NCBI GenBank assembly: GCA_002104945.1
Contig: MCFH01000041.1
Span: 310,001 to 374,000 of the forward strand
Length of the DNA: 64,000 nucleotides
Source: Piromyces finnis finn
Lineage: Eukaryota > Fungi > Neocallimastigomycota
Reading direction: 5' to 3'
The translations under genes and the position numbers were made by a program. The notes below the pieces were generated by a model. That model made no database searches and was not told the DNA's origin. It worked only from the letters and a program-made list of their open reading frames with translations. The first letter of the stretch is position 1. Each line of letters opens with the position of its first letter. Positions 1 through 21,149 of the stretch are shown piece by piece.

Positions 1-488
1 AACATGGAATTTTTAATGCCATTGGAAAATGTATAAAAACTGTCATTCAACTGTGTGATCAATTTTGTTTTGTTGTAGAAAAGAATTTAGGGGTAAAGAA
101 AAATATATCAGAAGATACTTGGAATACATGCAGAGAATTGGGATTGGTAATTAATTGAATTTTCATCCTTACTTTTTTAAATTTAAAGCCGTTATTTTAT
201 TATTTTATATATATATATATATATATAATATTTTAACTTTACTGTATACCTTTCATTACATAGAAATTTCAAGAAAATACATTTTTCTTGTTTAGAACCT
301 TTTCTGGTGTAAAGACAGCTTCTGTATCTTCATGGCAAAATCAATATTTAAGTCAATTATTATTACGAATGGACTTTAATAGATGGTTTTCAATTAATGG
401 ATTAAATCAAAATGGTGCTTCAACATGGTTAACACCAACACATGATGACTTATTTGTAGATAATAATAATATGGATGAAGAAAATTAA
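1..488 (+). CDS. GCP4: Gamma-tubulin complex component 4-like (Spc97/Spc98 family), 3' end only; exons <1-146 and 264-488
   Basis: The spliced translation ...IKTVIQLCDQFCFVVEKNL...FQENTFFLFRTFSGVK...YLSQLLLRMDFNRWFS matches the GCP4 C-terminal pattern (LCHSFC...LLFKILS...LAQLLLRLDYN). GT..AG intron at 147-263. Confidence 0.75.
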
Positions 489-570
489 ATTAATTTTTTT
501 TTTTTTTTTTTTTTTTTAATCATTTAATGATGAATATATATATAAATAAAATAAAAGTAAAAATAGTAAC

Positions 571-602
<32 letters not shown>

Positions 603-932
603 GAAAATAAAAAAAAAAAAAAAATACATATTAAATTATTATTTAAAAATAATATTAAATTAATAAATTGAAGTAGCAGCATAATTTCAACGATTGATTG
701 ATTATATTAATTTTAATAGAAATATACTATTTAAAATAATACCCTTATGTAGTCATTGATTATGTCATGAATATAATTTTTTTTAACCCTTCTATCAATA
801 TTAAGTTTGGAGTTTAAAAATTAAAGTTTTATTAATTTTTAGGATTTAACTAAAAGATTTTCTAATATTTGCTTAACTATAGGTTAATTAGAATGAACTA
901 AAATTAAATATGTTACTATTGCTTTTATTATT

Positions 933-2532
933 TTAAGATTCTTTGGTATCGCTTTCATTATTATTTTCTGTTGTTGTACTAATTTCTTCTGTTGACACTA
1001 CTGATATTGATTCTTCTATTGTATTATTATCAACATTTTCATTATCTTTATTTTTTAAATTTTCATCTTCAGAAGTTGAATTTTTATCTTGATTAAATTT
1101 TCTTGCCGGTAATATATCTAATAAACTCTTTTCCCAATCATTTGTATCTAAATAATTAAGAATAATCTTGAACACTGTTCATTTTGTAGTATAATATTAT
1201 AATATTATATATAATATATATTGATTGATTAATATAAAAATACGTTTACAAAGACTTTATATTTATTAAAAAAATCATACTATGATTGACAGTCAACACT
1301 TTTCTACTAGACATTTTTATATATTTATTTATTGGTAATCTGGCAGTTGTAATATTTTGCTTTTTTGCTTTTTCTAAAGTTAAATTCTTTTATAATTATA
1401 ATATAAATATATATATATATTAACAGAATAATTAACATTGGAATATAATATATATAATACATATTACATTATATTTATTAATATGTATTATTATTACCTT
1501 GTATCTGTTTTTATCAACAATTCCACCAATAATATATATTTTTGATTCATCAAAGGTATCTATTGTATTAGGTGAATCAGCAGTTAAATAAACTAAATTT
1601 TCTTTTTCGTTTGCAAATACTTCCTCATATGATTGTGGTTCAAATATTATCTTTTTTATTTACGATAAATATATAATTAATACAATAACCAAAATATAAA
1701 TCTATTGAAATTTATATCAATTCTATTATATAATTACTTCATTTCTTCTCCATCTTTGATAATCGGACATCTTTCTGTCAAATTCTGCTTTTGTTTTATC
1801 TCCAAAACTTGTACAATATAATTTTACTGGGTGAAAACTTTGTCTATTATAAGAGTAACAATGTGCTATTTGACTAACCATACTTTTAATTTCCTATATA
1901 TTTTATTACATGTTTAAAATTTAAAAGTAAATATATATATATATTTAATGCTATATAAAAATGGTTATATTTTTTATTTTATAAGTACCTTATCTAACAT
2001 TAAATTATCAAATGATTCATCAATTACTACTCTCATTGAGCTTGGTGTTTGTTCACATTCTCTTATTCTTTGAGGTTTTTTAAATATACCTAATAATATT
2101 TAATTAAATAGTATTGAAATTATTTAATTTCATTCAATTTTTTAATTTTTAAATAAATATATATATACCTAATTGTTTTTCCATTCTTTTTTTCTCTTTT
2201 ACTTCCTTTCTTTTTTGTAGTCTTTTAAGTCTTCTTTCTTCTGCTTGTGCTGCCCATCTTTCTTCTCTTAATTTCTTTTTTCTTTGACGTTTTGATAAAG
2301 GATCTGGTGTAGTGTAACCATTATTTTGTATATTTAAATCTTTACTTAAAGAATCAATATTTCTTTTTAATTCATTAGCCTTTTTAATTTCATTTCCATA
2401 ATTTGAATTATTTAAATTATTTTCTTGTTTAGTATTATCTTCCTTTTTATCATTATTATTTACTACATCACTATTTAACTGTTCATTATTTTTATCATTA
2501 TTATTATTATTATCAATATCACTATTATCCAT
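933..2532 (-). CDS. TRM10: tRNA (guanine-N1, position 9) methyltransferase, multi-exon
   Basis: Basic N-terminal helix [15 protein letters not shown], then exons encoding [36 protein letters not shown]...[25 protein letters not shown] and [13 protein letters not shown], which are Trm10 SPOUT-domain motifs. Confidence 0.92.
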
Positions 2533-2878
2533 TTTTTTTTTTTTAATCTTTTATAATTTAAAGTTTTTTTTAATCTTTTATTAATAAGTAATTTATTTTA
2601 CATTTTAAATTATAATTTAAAATCATTTTAAAAAATGATTGGTAGTAAAGATGTATAATGTAATGTAGGTGTTAATCTAAAATAATTTCTAAATTTTTCA
2701 AAAAGATGGTATTTAAAATAAAATTTCAAAAAATAGTAATGATGTATATTTAGTATGACTCTATGGTTATTTATAATTTTCCAGAATTATATACACAATT
2801 ATAAAAAATAGTGCTCATTAAAAATAAAAAATATATACAAAAAATTAATAAATATTGTTTTTTTTAAGAATAAGGAAA

Positions 2879-5444
<2,566 letters not shown>

Positions 5445-7167
5445 TAATTATTTATTTATATTTTATATTTTTATATAAATTTAATAATAGCTTATCTTTT
5501 ATATATATTATTTTTTTTAAAAATTAAAATGAAATATAATGTATAATTTTTAAATATTATAATAATGAATAATTTCAATTCAAAAAATACGAATTCTCAT
5601 TAAGAATTATTTTAAAATTATCTTTTAAAAAATTCTATTGGAATTACTTAGCATTTATAGTATTCAATACTTGCACATATATATTTAATATTTCTAAATA
5701 TTTTATACAAAATATTTAAAAATAATTGATATAATGAAATTATTATGATTCTCATAATTATATTTATGCGCAGTATTAAATTGAAAAGGCTTTTTTCAAT
5801 GTAATTTAATATTTGAATTTACAAAAACGAAATATTTTCATATATAAATAGTAGATATTCAAAAATTAATATCATATCGAGTATATATACCATTTACTTT
5901 TAGTGTATTAAAATAAAAATATACAGCTGAATTCAAAAAGGATAATAGTCGACAAACTTTTTCAATTTCTATTTTAGAATAATAATTTCCTTTTTTTTTT
6001 TTTTTTCCTTTAGAATATTTATTATTATTTTTTTTTTAAAAAATAAAGAATAGATAATAGTTTTGTTATTTCTTATAATTTATATAAAAATACTAGTTTT
6101 ATTCTATATAAAATAGATAGCTTTTTTTTTTTTAATATTGATTTTTATGTTAAAAAAAAATATTATTGACTTTATTATTTTATTTTTATTTTTATTTATT
6201 TTTTTTTATTAATTTTTTTTTTAATTAAAGTTTTTTTTTTTTATTTTGTAGAACTTAAAATAATAATATAAATTATTATAAACACTTTGGATGGATTTAT
6301 ATTAAAAAAAAAAAAAAAACATTTCAATTTTTAATGTTTCCTTTTTAAATTAATTAAATTAAATTAAATGAATGAATAATTAATTGATTAAATAAATTAT
6401 TAATTAAAAGTAAATAAAAAAAAGTTTAGATTAATTAAATCTGTAGCTATAATAGATTTATTTATATATATCCCTTTCTTTCAATAAACTTTTTTTTTTT
6501 TTTCGACATAAATAAAATCCTTTTTTTCATTATTATTTTCATTATTTTCATTATTAAATATAAAAAAAAAATAATTTTGTTTTTATAAAAGTCAATTTTT
6601 TTTTTATATTTTTTGCTACTTTGAAAATACATTTTATTTTAGTAGCAAAAAATTATTTGAAATTTTTTAATAAATAGTCAATTTAATATTTGAAAAAAAA
6701 ATTCCCAAGTAATAGAAAAGAAATATTTAAAGAATTTAATATTTTATTTTCTTTTATCATTAAATAAAAACCATACAAACAATCAAACAGACAAACTAAA
6801 AATAATTTAAAAAAAAAATAAACAAACATATAAATAATAATATTATATTATTAGAGTAGTATTGTTATTTTCTATATATATATATTATTTATTTAAAAAA
6901 AATAGTAAAAAAAAAAAAAAACTTAAAATATAATATATAATGAAATAGTACATTATTCGAAAAATTCGTATTTTATTATTATTATCATTTTATAAACAAA
7001 TAATCAAAAATATTTCAAAGTTTTATATTATTAATTAAAAACAATCACTGAATTTAAAATCAAACGCATACTACATAATAATTAAAGCTATCATAACAAA
7101 AAAACAATACTTTTTCTTAACAAAATAAATAAATATTTAAGCAAAGATTTATAATAAAATAATAAAA

Positions 7168-8222
7168 ATGGTAAACTATCAATTAAATAGTACTATTAAA
7201 AATGCAATGAACGTAATGTTTAAAGAATGCAATGTTCCAAAAGATAGAATTGTCGAAATAAAAAGTTATCTTCCAAAAGAAGAAAATGAAAATGAAATCT
7301 ATCCAATTTCTCATAGAATTATTAAAGAAATTTCAGACAATCTAGTAAAAAAATATCCTGGTAAATAATTTAATCAAGAAATTCTAAAATTTAATTATAG
7401 AAAACATTATAAAAAAATATTTTTAGGATAAAGCAAATCTTACCTTTAAATATTTAATCCAATATTATAGGTGAAGAAGGTAATAAATATAGATTTAATA
7501 ATTTAATTCAATCTTCAAAAATGATATTGGAAAGTCCAAAACCAAGAGTTAAGGTATATTAAACAAACAAATAAGCAATCAAAAAATGTGTAAAAACAAT
7601 ACTTAAATTCCCTTGAAATATTAATACAAAATATATCATTGTTATTTATTATTACTATTATTTTACTGTAATTTTAATAGAGTACTGAACTATTAAAAAT
7701 ATTGGACCAAATTAAGAGAGAACAAGAAAATAAGGAATATCAAAGATTAACAAGAGAATCTTTTATAGATGATGAAGAGGAAGAACGCATTGGAAATATA
7801 GCTAAAGTTGCAAAAAAGCAACTTACTTTAGTATTTAATTTATTACTTAGTATTGCTGCAGGTTTTACAGCCGGTTATTATTTTGGAAAGACAATTACTT
7901 CAGATGTTGGAAAGGTAATATAAATTAATTTTTAAGATTTTTATAAAAAATAAAATTAAGACTTTTTTTACTTTTAATTTTATATATACAGAGAGTCCTT
8001 ATTGGTTTTTTAGTAGCTGCCATTATTGGTGTTGCTGAAGGATGGTTTATGATAAAAGATTTATTAGTTTTAGAAGAAAATGAAGATGGAACTGCAAATA
8101 TTTATGCTGAAATGCAAATGGATCCGTCAGATAAATTTATTATTAATAATGATTTAGAAATAAAACCTAGAATTGAGGATAATAGAATTTCAAAATCAAA
8201 AGATAACAAAAAAACTGTATAA
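7168..8222 (+). CDS. VMA12: V-ATPase assembly factor Vma12/TMEM199, 4 exons
   Basis: SPKPRVK|STELLKILDQIKREQENKEYQRLTR followed by two TM helices (LTLVFNLLLSIAAGFTAGYY; RVLIGFLVAAIIGVAEGW), the Vma12 layout. Confidence 0.8.
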
Positions 8223-9055
8223 AGTTAAAAAAAAAAAGAAAAGAAATCAACATTTACTTTTTTAAAAATTTTATATTATTTACATAATATCTTTTATTTA
8301 ATAATATTCCTAATATTAAATAATAAATGAAAAGAAATAAAACTTTAACATATTTAATAAAATAGAGAAATTGATATATTTATTAAAAAAAAAAAAAAAG
8401 TCAATTATATATATATATCAATTAAAAAATAATTATAATAAATAATAAAAAAAAAAAAGTTCTTATCTTTAGAAAAATTATCAATTGATAAGGTAAAAAC
8501 AAAAGTGTGTGTAAAGATAAGGATAAAAATAAAAAAATAAAAAAAAAAAAATAAAAAAATATTATAAATTAAATTCAGTAATATTTGAATAGAAAAATTA
8601 AAAAAAGAAAAATGTATAAATACTAAATGATAAAGTATTTTGTTTCTTTTTTTTTTTTTTTTAATTTTTCTATATTTAATTGTTTGGTGTTGGGTGTGTG
8701 TGTGTGTGTTGGGTGTTTTTTGTGAATCATCCATTTTTTCTTTTTTTTTTTTTTTTTAAAAAAAACATTTAATTTTTTTGGTTATTAAATGATGATTAGA
8801 AAATAAATTAAATTAAAATTTTAATTAGATAAAAAATTTAAAAATAGTTAAGTGAATGAAAGATATATCTTTAAAAAAAAAATTAAAATAATATAAATTA
8901 TTGAATAATACAATTATAAAGAAATAATAATAATAATAAAGAAAAAAGGGTAAAGTTGGTTGATTTATTTAATTATTTTGTATTTAACTTTTTAAACTAA
9001 TAATAATATTATTATAACTATTCCAAAATAATTTATAGGTAGATAAGTAATAAAA

Positions 9056-12000
9056 ATGAATAAATATAAGAAAATAAAGTTGGATGACAATGAACAAGAG
9101 AAAAATTTCTATAATAGTGCTACGGTTCATGAACAAGTAACCGTTGAATCTACTGAAATGTTTCCTATGAACGTTTCAAAGGTCTTAATATTGTATACAG
9201 GTGGTACTATAGGCATGAAAATGACTGCAGATCATGTATATTGTCCAGTTACTGATTTTTTCACAGATTTATTATTAACTATGAGACAATTTCATGATCC
9301 CAATAATAATTATGATGATACAATTATTGTAAATACAGTAGTAAAAGAAGAAGAAGAGGCCACTATACCAAAATCTGAAATTACTATAATTAATAATATA
9401 AAAACAATAAAGAAAAAATTAAAAGCATTAGTTACACCAGTATCATTATATGGTAAACGAACCATATACACTATCTATGAATATGATGAATTAATTGATT
9501 CTGCTAATTTAACATTAAAAGGTTATTTTTTTGTTTTACTTTATCTATTTTATTAAAATTCTATTTACTTATCTACTTTTAAAAATTTTTTTTTTTTTTT
9601 TTTTTCTAAATATTTATTGTTAATAATAAAAAAAAATTTATAGATTGGGTAAAGATTGCTACTGATATTGAAATAAACTACAATTTATTCGATGCCTTTA
9701 TTATTTTACATGGAACAGATACTATGGCTTATTCAGCAAGTGCACTAAGTTTTATGCTTGAAAATTTAGGAAAAACTGTGATTTTAACTGGTTCACAAGT
9801 TTGTTATAAAATTTTTATTTAAACAAGCATTTAATTTAATTGTTTAAATAAATTAACATTTTTATATATTTATATATATTATATATATTATGTATATTAT
9901 TATTTTTTTTAATTTAAATTAATAAGGTTCCACTATCTGAAGTTAGAAATGATGCTGTGGATAATCTTCTCGGTGCATTAACAATTGCAAGGTATATACA
10001 TATAAGTCATATTATCATTTTTTATATTTTTAACTAAAAGTTTTATTTTTTATTTTTTTTTTAATTTTTCCATAAAAAAAAAAAAGTCATTATATTATTC
10101 CAGAAGTAACTTTATTCTTTAATCAAAAACTTTTTAGAGGAAATAGAACAAAAAAAGTCGATGCAACAAATTTTAATGCATTTGACTCACCAAATATGAA
10201 ACCTTTAGTTAAATTAAGCATTAATATTAGTAAATATAATTTTTATTCCTCTACCCCCTTTTTTTTTTTTTTCACAAATTAATATTTTATTAATAGTTGG
10301 TTGATTAAATATAAAAAAAATATAATTCTTTTGTTAATAAATAATAGATGTTTCATGGAAGGATATTCTACGTCCAACAGAAATTGCAAAATTCCATGTT
10401 CATAAAAACTTAAATCATAATATTGCTCTTTTACAATTATTCCCTGGAATATCATATATGACTTTAAAATCATTTTTATCATCTGTTGAAGGCGTTGTTT
10501 TAGAATCTTATGGAGCTGGAAATGCACCTGATAAAAGAAAAGATATTCTCCAAGCATTAAAAGAAGCTACCGATAGAGGAATTATAATTGTTAATTGTAC
10601 CCAAGTATATAGAAAAAAAAAATTAATATATATATATACATATATACATTAATAGATAATCAAGTTATTTATATATAGAAAAAGTTTAATAATCAAGCTA
10701 TTTATAATGTTATATAATATAATAAAATAAAATATTAGTGTACAAAAGGATCAGTATCCGATATTTATGCAACAGGAAAAGCCTTAACAGACGCTGGTCT
10801 TATATCTGGAAAAGATATGACAACTGAAGTTAGAAATATATTTATATATTTATTTATTTATTTTTTTCTTTATTCACATTAATATAATTACTGATATATA
10901 ATAAAATTCGTATATAGTGCGCATTAGCAAAACTTTCTTACTTACTAGGAAAAAATATAAGTAAGGATTCGGTAAAACAATTAATTAAAACAAATTTACG
11001 TGGTGAATTAACAGATGTTCCAAAAATTCCAAGATTTTCAAAATTTATTAATCCGGATAATTCATACATTGTAAAAATTATTAATTTAATTAAAAGTAAT
11101 GAAAATAATAAAAGAAAAGAAGAAAAAATAGGTTTAGATGATCCAACAACTTCAAATATTGTTAGTAAAGAAGAATCTGATAATGATTTTGTTTCATCTT
11201 TTGAAGAAAAAGGAAATAATCATGGTCAAGATAATACTCAAAGTAGAATAAATAAAATTTTACTACCATCTTTATATCGTACAGCAGCATCAACTGGAGA
11301 TATTGCTGGTTTAAATGAATTATTAGAAGGATGGCCTTATTTGATTAATAATGCTGATAATAATAGACAAGTAAATATTATATATTAAAACAATGAATTT
11401 TCTATAGTTTTTTTTTTTTTTTTACTTTCATTAAAATATATATAATATTAATGATAATAATTTTAAAAATTCATCATCATAATATTAATAATAATAATAA
11501 TTAAAAAAAAAAAAAAAAAAGACAGGTCTTCATTTAGCCGCTAAACATAATCATTTAAAAACTTCTGAATTTTTAATTAAAATGGGTTGTATTGTTCATA
11601 CTCGTGATATTCATAATCATACACCATTATGGTATGCAGTAACGAATAATTTTGATGGCCCTAAAAAACAAGAATTAATTCAATTATTAGTAAAATCCGG
11701 AGCTATTTATGCGTCTGATGAATTAAATGATGTAAAAGAATTATTATTTAGGTATTCATTTTTTTTTTTTTTTTACAATTTGAATAATATTATATTATTT
11801 AAAGGGAATAATCAATATTAAACTTTATATCTTTTATATTTATAAAACCAATAGAACTGCAAAAAATGGTAATCTTTCATTATTAAAACATATGATTAGT
11901 AGTGGTGCTGATATTAATGTTGAAGATGGTGAAAATAGAAATATTATTCATATGGTAAATTTTATCATCTTTTGTTTTTATACAATACTTTTAATTTTAT

Positions 12001-12561
12001 TTATAAAATAGAAAAACTGATATGATGATGATGATTAAAATATATATATATATATATTTTAATTTTTTTTTTTTTTTTTTTTTTTAGGCATCCATCTATA
12101 AAAACTATGATATATTATATTATTTAAAGGATCTTGACAATAATACCCTGGAACAGGATGAAAAACATCAAATAAATCATGGATTGCCGATTGAAAATAA
12201 TTTTGATAGCATAACGTATTGTGGAACTTATATTATTGAAGAAATGGATAAAACAAGTGAAGAGGCGAAAAAAGTAAAAGATGTTCTTAAAACGTCTGAT
12301 CCTTTACCGACAACTAATGTTCATAAATTAAAATGGAATCAAGTGGATCGTTGGAATAAAACACCTTTAAACTATTTAAAAATGGAATTAAAAATAATGG
12401 AAGAAAAAATCATGTTGTCTAATATGTCAATGGATGATGAAGAGGAGGAGGAAGAAGGAGAAGAAGAGAATAAATCTTGTAATGCTTTAATGAATGAAAA
12501 AATTAAATTAGAAAAAGTAATAAATGATATATTTATGCCTAGTTTCATTTCCGTTGAATAA
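9056..12561 (+). CDS. Type I L-asparaginase with C-terminal ankyrin repeats (ASPG / 60-kDa lysophospholipase-like), multi-exon
   Basis: Catalytic motifs [10 protein letters not shown] and [14 protein letters not shown], plus TGSQ and LESYGAGN. Ankyrin-like segments [18 protein letters not shown] and WNKTPL follow. Confidence 0.92.
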
Positions 12562-12665
12562 AAAAAAAAAAAAAAAGAAATAGAAATTTAAAAAAAAATA
12601 TTTATAAAGTGAAATTGAATAAACTATAAAATAAATTATTATAAAATAGAAAATGGAGAGGAATG

Positions 12666-12701
<36 letters not shown>

Positions 12702-12746
12702 TATTTTTTGTATTTTTTATTTTATTAATTTATTAAATGAAATGAC

Positions 12747-12778
<32 letters not shown>

Positions 12779-13003
12779 AAATAATAGATTGATAAAGAAA
12801 ATTATAAAACATTTTCTACCCTTTTTTTTATTTTTTAATTATTTTTAAATGGAATTTGAATTATTAATTAAATGATGAAATGAAAAAAAAAAAAAATAAT
12901 AATAATTAAATAAAATGTTTGTAGTTTAAATAAATAAATAAATGTGTATAATATATATATATTTAATTTTTTTTTTTTTGTTTTTGTTTTTGCTGTATGG
13001 GGA

Positions 13004-15528
<2,525 letters not shown>

Positions 15529-15980
15529 CTTGATGTAATATCTTTCTTAAATAAATAATAAATAGTACTAAAGGAAAAATAGATGATAAATATAAAAAAT
15601 GATAATAATAATTTTATATATATAATAAACAGTTTTTAATGTACAAAAAAAAAAAAAAGGAAAAGGAAAAAGAAATTATAACTTTAAAATATTTTAAAGT
15701 TTTTTTTTTTTTTTTTAATAATAAATTTATAAGAACAATAAAGAAAAAATATATATATATAAAATATATATATAAAAAACTTTAAAATAATATAAATTAA
15801 AATTAATTTATTATTAATTAAAAAATCTTTTATTCAAACAAAAAAAAATGTTTTTTTTTTTTTTTTTTTTTATATATTAATATTTATTAATTATTTTGTT
15901 TTATTAATTAATTAGTTTTGAATTTTTTTTTTTTTTATTGTCAGTAAAAAGGATAGTCGTTTAAACAACAGTACACCACA

Positions 15981-16117
<137 letters not shown>

Positions 16118-16557
16118 GCCTTTATTGATAATTGTATAAAGGAAACTTCTTTATGATAAATAATAAATAATAAATAAAATTAAACTACTTTTCCAATATT
16201 AATAAATATTAAAAAAAAAAAAAATAAATTATTATTTTATTCCTTTATTTGTGTGGGCGTGTGTGTGTTTTTGGCATAGCATTTATCTATGTTGATATTT
16301 TATTATTTTTGTTTTTGTTTTTAATAATTAGTTTATGAAGTTTGGTTAATAAAATGAATATTAATGTTGGATATATACATCATTATTGTTATTAAAAAAA
16401 AAAAAAAAGTGAAAAATTAATTTATTATATTAATAAATAATTATTTTAAAAATTATAAAATAAAAATAGATTTATTATTATTTAATTATATAAATATTTA
16501 ATTTGTTGATACGACAAAGCAAAACTAAACTTTATAAAAAAAATACTAATAAATAAT

Positions 16558-17523
16558 TTAACGAAGTCCAAAATTTAGCCATTGCACAATATAATCGATA
16601 TATTGTTGAAGTGAGGAAGTATATAAATTGAAAACTTTTTTCTTTAATCGATATATTTTTCTATTAATTTTATTAATCCATGGTGGGTTATCATTACCAC
16701 ATTCAATTTCTTCAGCAATATATTCACTATTAAATTGTTCATCTTCATTGTCAAACTCGGTTAATTCATCTGCATGAACTCTCTTATATTCATTAATTAA
16801 TTTTTTCATAAGATCTTCACCTTTAGCTCTACCAGTATTCATTTTGTTAGGTAACCATAATGTTGGAAGAGGTCCTATAAGAGCTGGATGTTCGTAACAA
16901 TATAATTGATCATCATCAACACTATTTAAGAAACCACCATTTAATTGATAAACATCCCATGGAATATCACAAATACCTGTTTTGTACGATTAATAAATTA
17001 AATTTAAAAATACAATATTGTTTAGTTAATATGACCTACGATAATATATATAATAGATATAATAGTAATAATAAAAAAAAAAATTTTTTTTTTTCCCTAT
17101 CATTTATTACCATTAACTCTTTCACTTCTTGGTTGATGATAATCTGTATATTCATCAAATATCCATTTACGAGAAGAATATTTATCTCTTATATTTACAT
17201 TGCTTTCACTTCTAATATGTTTACGCTTAGAAGGATTAGCAACTTCATTTGTTGTTGGAACATTATTGAAAGGATTGGAACTATCTTGTCCAAAATATCT
17301 AGCAGAAGGTGGTGACGATAAAATTCTATTATTTTTGAAATTTACATTTAATCTTGTAACTTCATTAAATTTTTTATTATATCTTCCTGAAGATACATTT
17401 GATATATTTGAATAATTTTCATCTACATTTATAGTAGGTAAAAAATTTTCAGATGATGAAGTTTGTTCTTCTCCAGATTCTTGAATTATAAAAGAACACA
17501 GATAAGTAATATTTTATTGTTAT

Positions 17524-17565
<42 letters not shown>

Positions 17566-20313
17566 TTAATATATACAATATATATATAGTATGATAAAAA
17601 TGATAAAATCTAATATTATACCTTCATTATATAAGGAATGACTTGGCTGTTTTCCTTTTCCTAATGGACTTTTTTGCTGTTGATTTTGTTTATTATTTAA
17701 TGGAAAACCATTATTATTAACTTTTAAATAGTTTGAATTTACATCAGATCTTTCTTCAGGTACATTAGTATTTTGTAAATGATTATTATTCATTTCTTTA
17801 TCATCATTAACATTTTTAATATTAGCAACTCCATTCATGGAATGAATTTCAGTACTACTATAATCTCTTTCTAAGGATGTTCGTCTTCGTAAGGCTGAAA
17901 TATCCTTTAAACTACTATTAGAATTACTTCTATGCTTATTGAACGGTGTTTTAGATGTAATAACATCATGACTTCCACAATAGCTACAATAGGTATAAGT
18001 TTGGTCATCCGCCGCTGAAGTATCTGTTCTTATAGTAGATATTGTACTATTAACAATACAGTTATCACGATTAAAATGCTTGGCAATAACCTCTAATGGT
18101 AAAAATTTAAAATGCTTATCAAATGACTGTTTAAACCACCAAGAAACAAACATTGTTGATAGTAATAAAAGAATCATAAATAATAGTACGGGAAGATTAG
18201 AAAATGTAGCTGAAGAAGAATTATATTCCATCGAGAGTTTAATAGTTAAAACGCTGAACATGGTTAATTGGAAAATGAAAATTGCAAATAGACAACGGTT
18301 AATATATAATGGTACAAAGGATCCATAACTTTCATATCTAGGATGTTGAATATACATTAATTGATATTTATATACTAAAAATGCATAGGAGAAATAAAGT
18401 ACACCCATGCACGGTATAATGGGGCAAATACATGAAAAAACCATAACTACAGTAAACAATACTAATGGCAGGGTTGAAATATATCCGTAATTTAATGAAA
18501 ATGTTCTTGGATCTGAAAGATTTGAATAGGTTCTTGGGGTTTTGGTGATATGAATAAATTTTAATAACCATGCAAATATGGATTTTGCTATTGGGGCAGG
18601 ATATATAAGTTGAACACTAATAATCAAAAAAGTTTGAAGCATCGTATAGTTGATGTAAAATGGTGAAAGTTTAATTAACGATGTGGCCAACATTTTTAAT
18701 AAATCAAAAGGTGTTTTATCTATGTATTCCCATATTGACGCAATTTTAACAGCAACTTTACCAATAATAAAGAATAGAATAACATTGAATATTTGATAGA
18801 AGAAATATTTTTTTAATAGGGCCTTTTCTAACCATGAATAGGTTTCTATACCTTGAATTTCAGAGAGAAGCATTAATATATCAGGTAAGAATGAAAGCCA
18901 TGTAGCCAAAATAATCATTGACAATGCATTATTAATCAAACTAATCAGTACAGGACTCATTTTTTCGGTAATACTTTTGATAAATGGAACAATTATTTGA
19001 AGTGAATTAATATCTGTTAAAGATGTAATTAACATTAAAGGAATAAACCAAATAGTAATAATAACTGCAGAAATAATAATGACAAGCACTGCTCTTAATA
19101 ATTTGGTATATGGATTAGCTAATCGATTAGATATATTTTTCCAATAAATATCTCTTGGTTCTGGTGCAAGGGATACAAAACAAGTAAAAGGTTTTTCATG
19201 AAGTAAACATTGAGCTCCGATTAACTATTTTTATTTGAAAATAATAATATATATTAGTGATATAAAATAAATAGATCATGGTTATTATATTTAATATTAA
19301 AAATATATATAATATAAATAATATATTATCTCCTTACAGCACTTAGCGGTGATTTAAAAGTTACAAAAGCTACAGGAGTAGTACTATTATTAACTTTGTT
19401 TCTTAGCTTTCTTACATTATTGTCCCATTTAATAAATTTTTCAACGTAATAATTAAAAAGATCGATTTTATCACCGAAAACATAAAGTCTTCCCTTCTTC
19501 CTTTCTTTAAAGTATATTTTATTTTCCACTAAAAGTTGATCATATTTTGGTTCATTATCTTCAAATAAATTGATAGTAGATGAAGCATTAACGATACTGA
19601 AAATTGAACTTTCTGATTCTGTTCTTTCATCTGTCATTTTTTTAAAATTATTATGTCCATTCCTTAAGTTCTGTAGATTTTTCATCTTATTATATGCTTC
19701 TTTTGATTCTTTTTTTTGATTTTTCTTAAGGTTTTTATATCCGATCCAATTGGTATAATACGATTCAATTTTATTCAGATAATATTGACGATTATCTAAT
19801 GCCTTTCTTAAGTGAAGATATCTTTTACAAATAACAACATTCTCTAAATCACCTATTCCCAAATCTGAAAAGAAATTATATAATTTTTCTTCATTTCTAT
19901 ACACTTTTGGTAATCCAAAAATCATAATACTTCTAAAATTAACTAATTGCTTATAGTTATTATTATAACAATTTGCTATATACTTTATTCTAATTTCTCT
20001 ACACTTGTTGTAATAAGAAAATAAATAATAGAATGCAATAAGTGAAAAAATCCATGAAAACAAAATATGAAAAATTAATAAATTTGATCCTTCCGGTATA
20101 TTATCAATTGTAATTTGTTCCAAAAGTTTTATATCAGCACTTGTTTCATTTGCTCCACTTAGTTTTAGGTCATTTGATGATTTTGTCTGACTTGCATAAT
20201 TTACTGGTACTAATATAAATAAAGCTAATACACCAATAGTAAAAAATAATTTCATCGCCATTTTCAAAAACAATAAAAACTTTTTTTTAATTTCAAATTT
20301 TTACAAAAAAATT

Positions 20314-20351
<38 letters not shown>

Positions 20352-21149
20352 GGAATTTGAATTAATAATTTTAAATAATTAAATATCATTATAAGTTTAT
20401 TATTTATTATTATTATTATTGTTGTTGTTGTTGTTGTCATTATACTATATTATAAAAATATATATATAAATTCATACCACTTCTGCATCAACACCAACAA
20501 TTGGTAAAACATATGAAGTTTTTAATCTTAATACTACCATAATCCAAGTAAATAATCCAGAAGGTATTCTAGGTGGAGCACATCTTTAATTGGAAATTTT
20601 AAATATTAAATAAATAAATTATTGGTGAAATAAATTTTATTTAATTTGTATATAATAACAAATGTAAATAAATATATATATATAATTAGTTTTTTTTTCC
20701 CTCTCTAATAAACTTTTGTTTGAAATATAATACAGTAATATGTATATTTATAACTCTATTTATATTTTATATTATTCTCTTATTTAATTTTTAAAAAAAA
20801 AATATAATAAAATTATTACTTAAACATAGAATAATATATACCTTTTTAACCTTCTTCTTGGCATATAGAATATTTTAAAATAATTTCTTAATATACAAAA
20901 TCCAAAAAATAAAAGTAAGCCTGTGCCAAAATATAAAATAAAAGGAGTAATAAGGGTAGTAATAGATGTAGATTTTTCGACATTAGGATGTAATTTATAT
21001 TCCTCTTCTACAGTTTTTGCAGGTTTTTGTGTTTGTGTTGGTAATAATGATGAAGTTGCCGAGACTATTGTCTCAGTAACTGTTGTTGCAGTAGTCACTA
21101 ATATAGAAGTTTGATTTTTAATAATGCTCTCTACTTTATCATTCTCCAT
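16558..21149 (-). CDS. OSCA/TMEM63/CSC1-family (Rsn1/Phm7-like) mechanosensitive or osmosensitive cation channel, about 6 exons
   Basis: N-terminal TM ending FKIFYMPRRRL, then FLKMAMKLFF...LVPVNY, HILFSWIFS, AFVTFKS, LAPEPRDIYWKNI, multiple TMs with FSCICPII and VYKYQLMYI, and a C-terminal YEHPALIGPLPTLWLP. Confidence 0.9.

Noticed and set aside
8405-8734. 109-aa Phe/Ile-rich ORF and a nearby (GT)n tract
   Set aside because: Product of homopolymer-rich intergenic DNA, with no recognisable domain.
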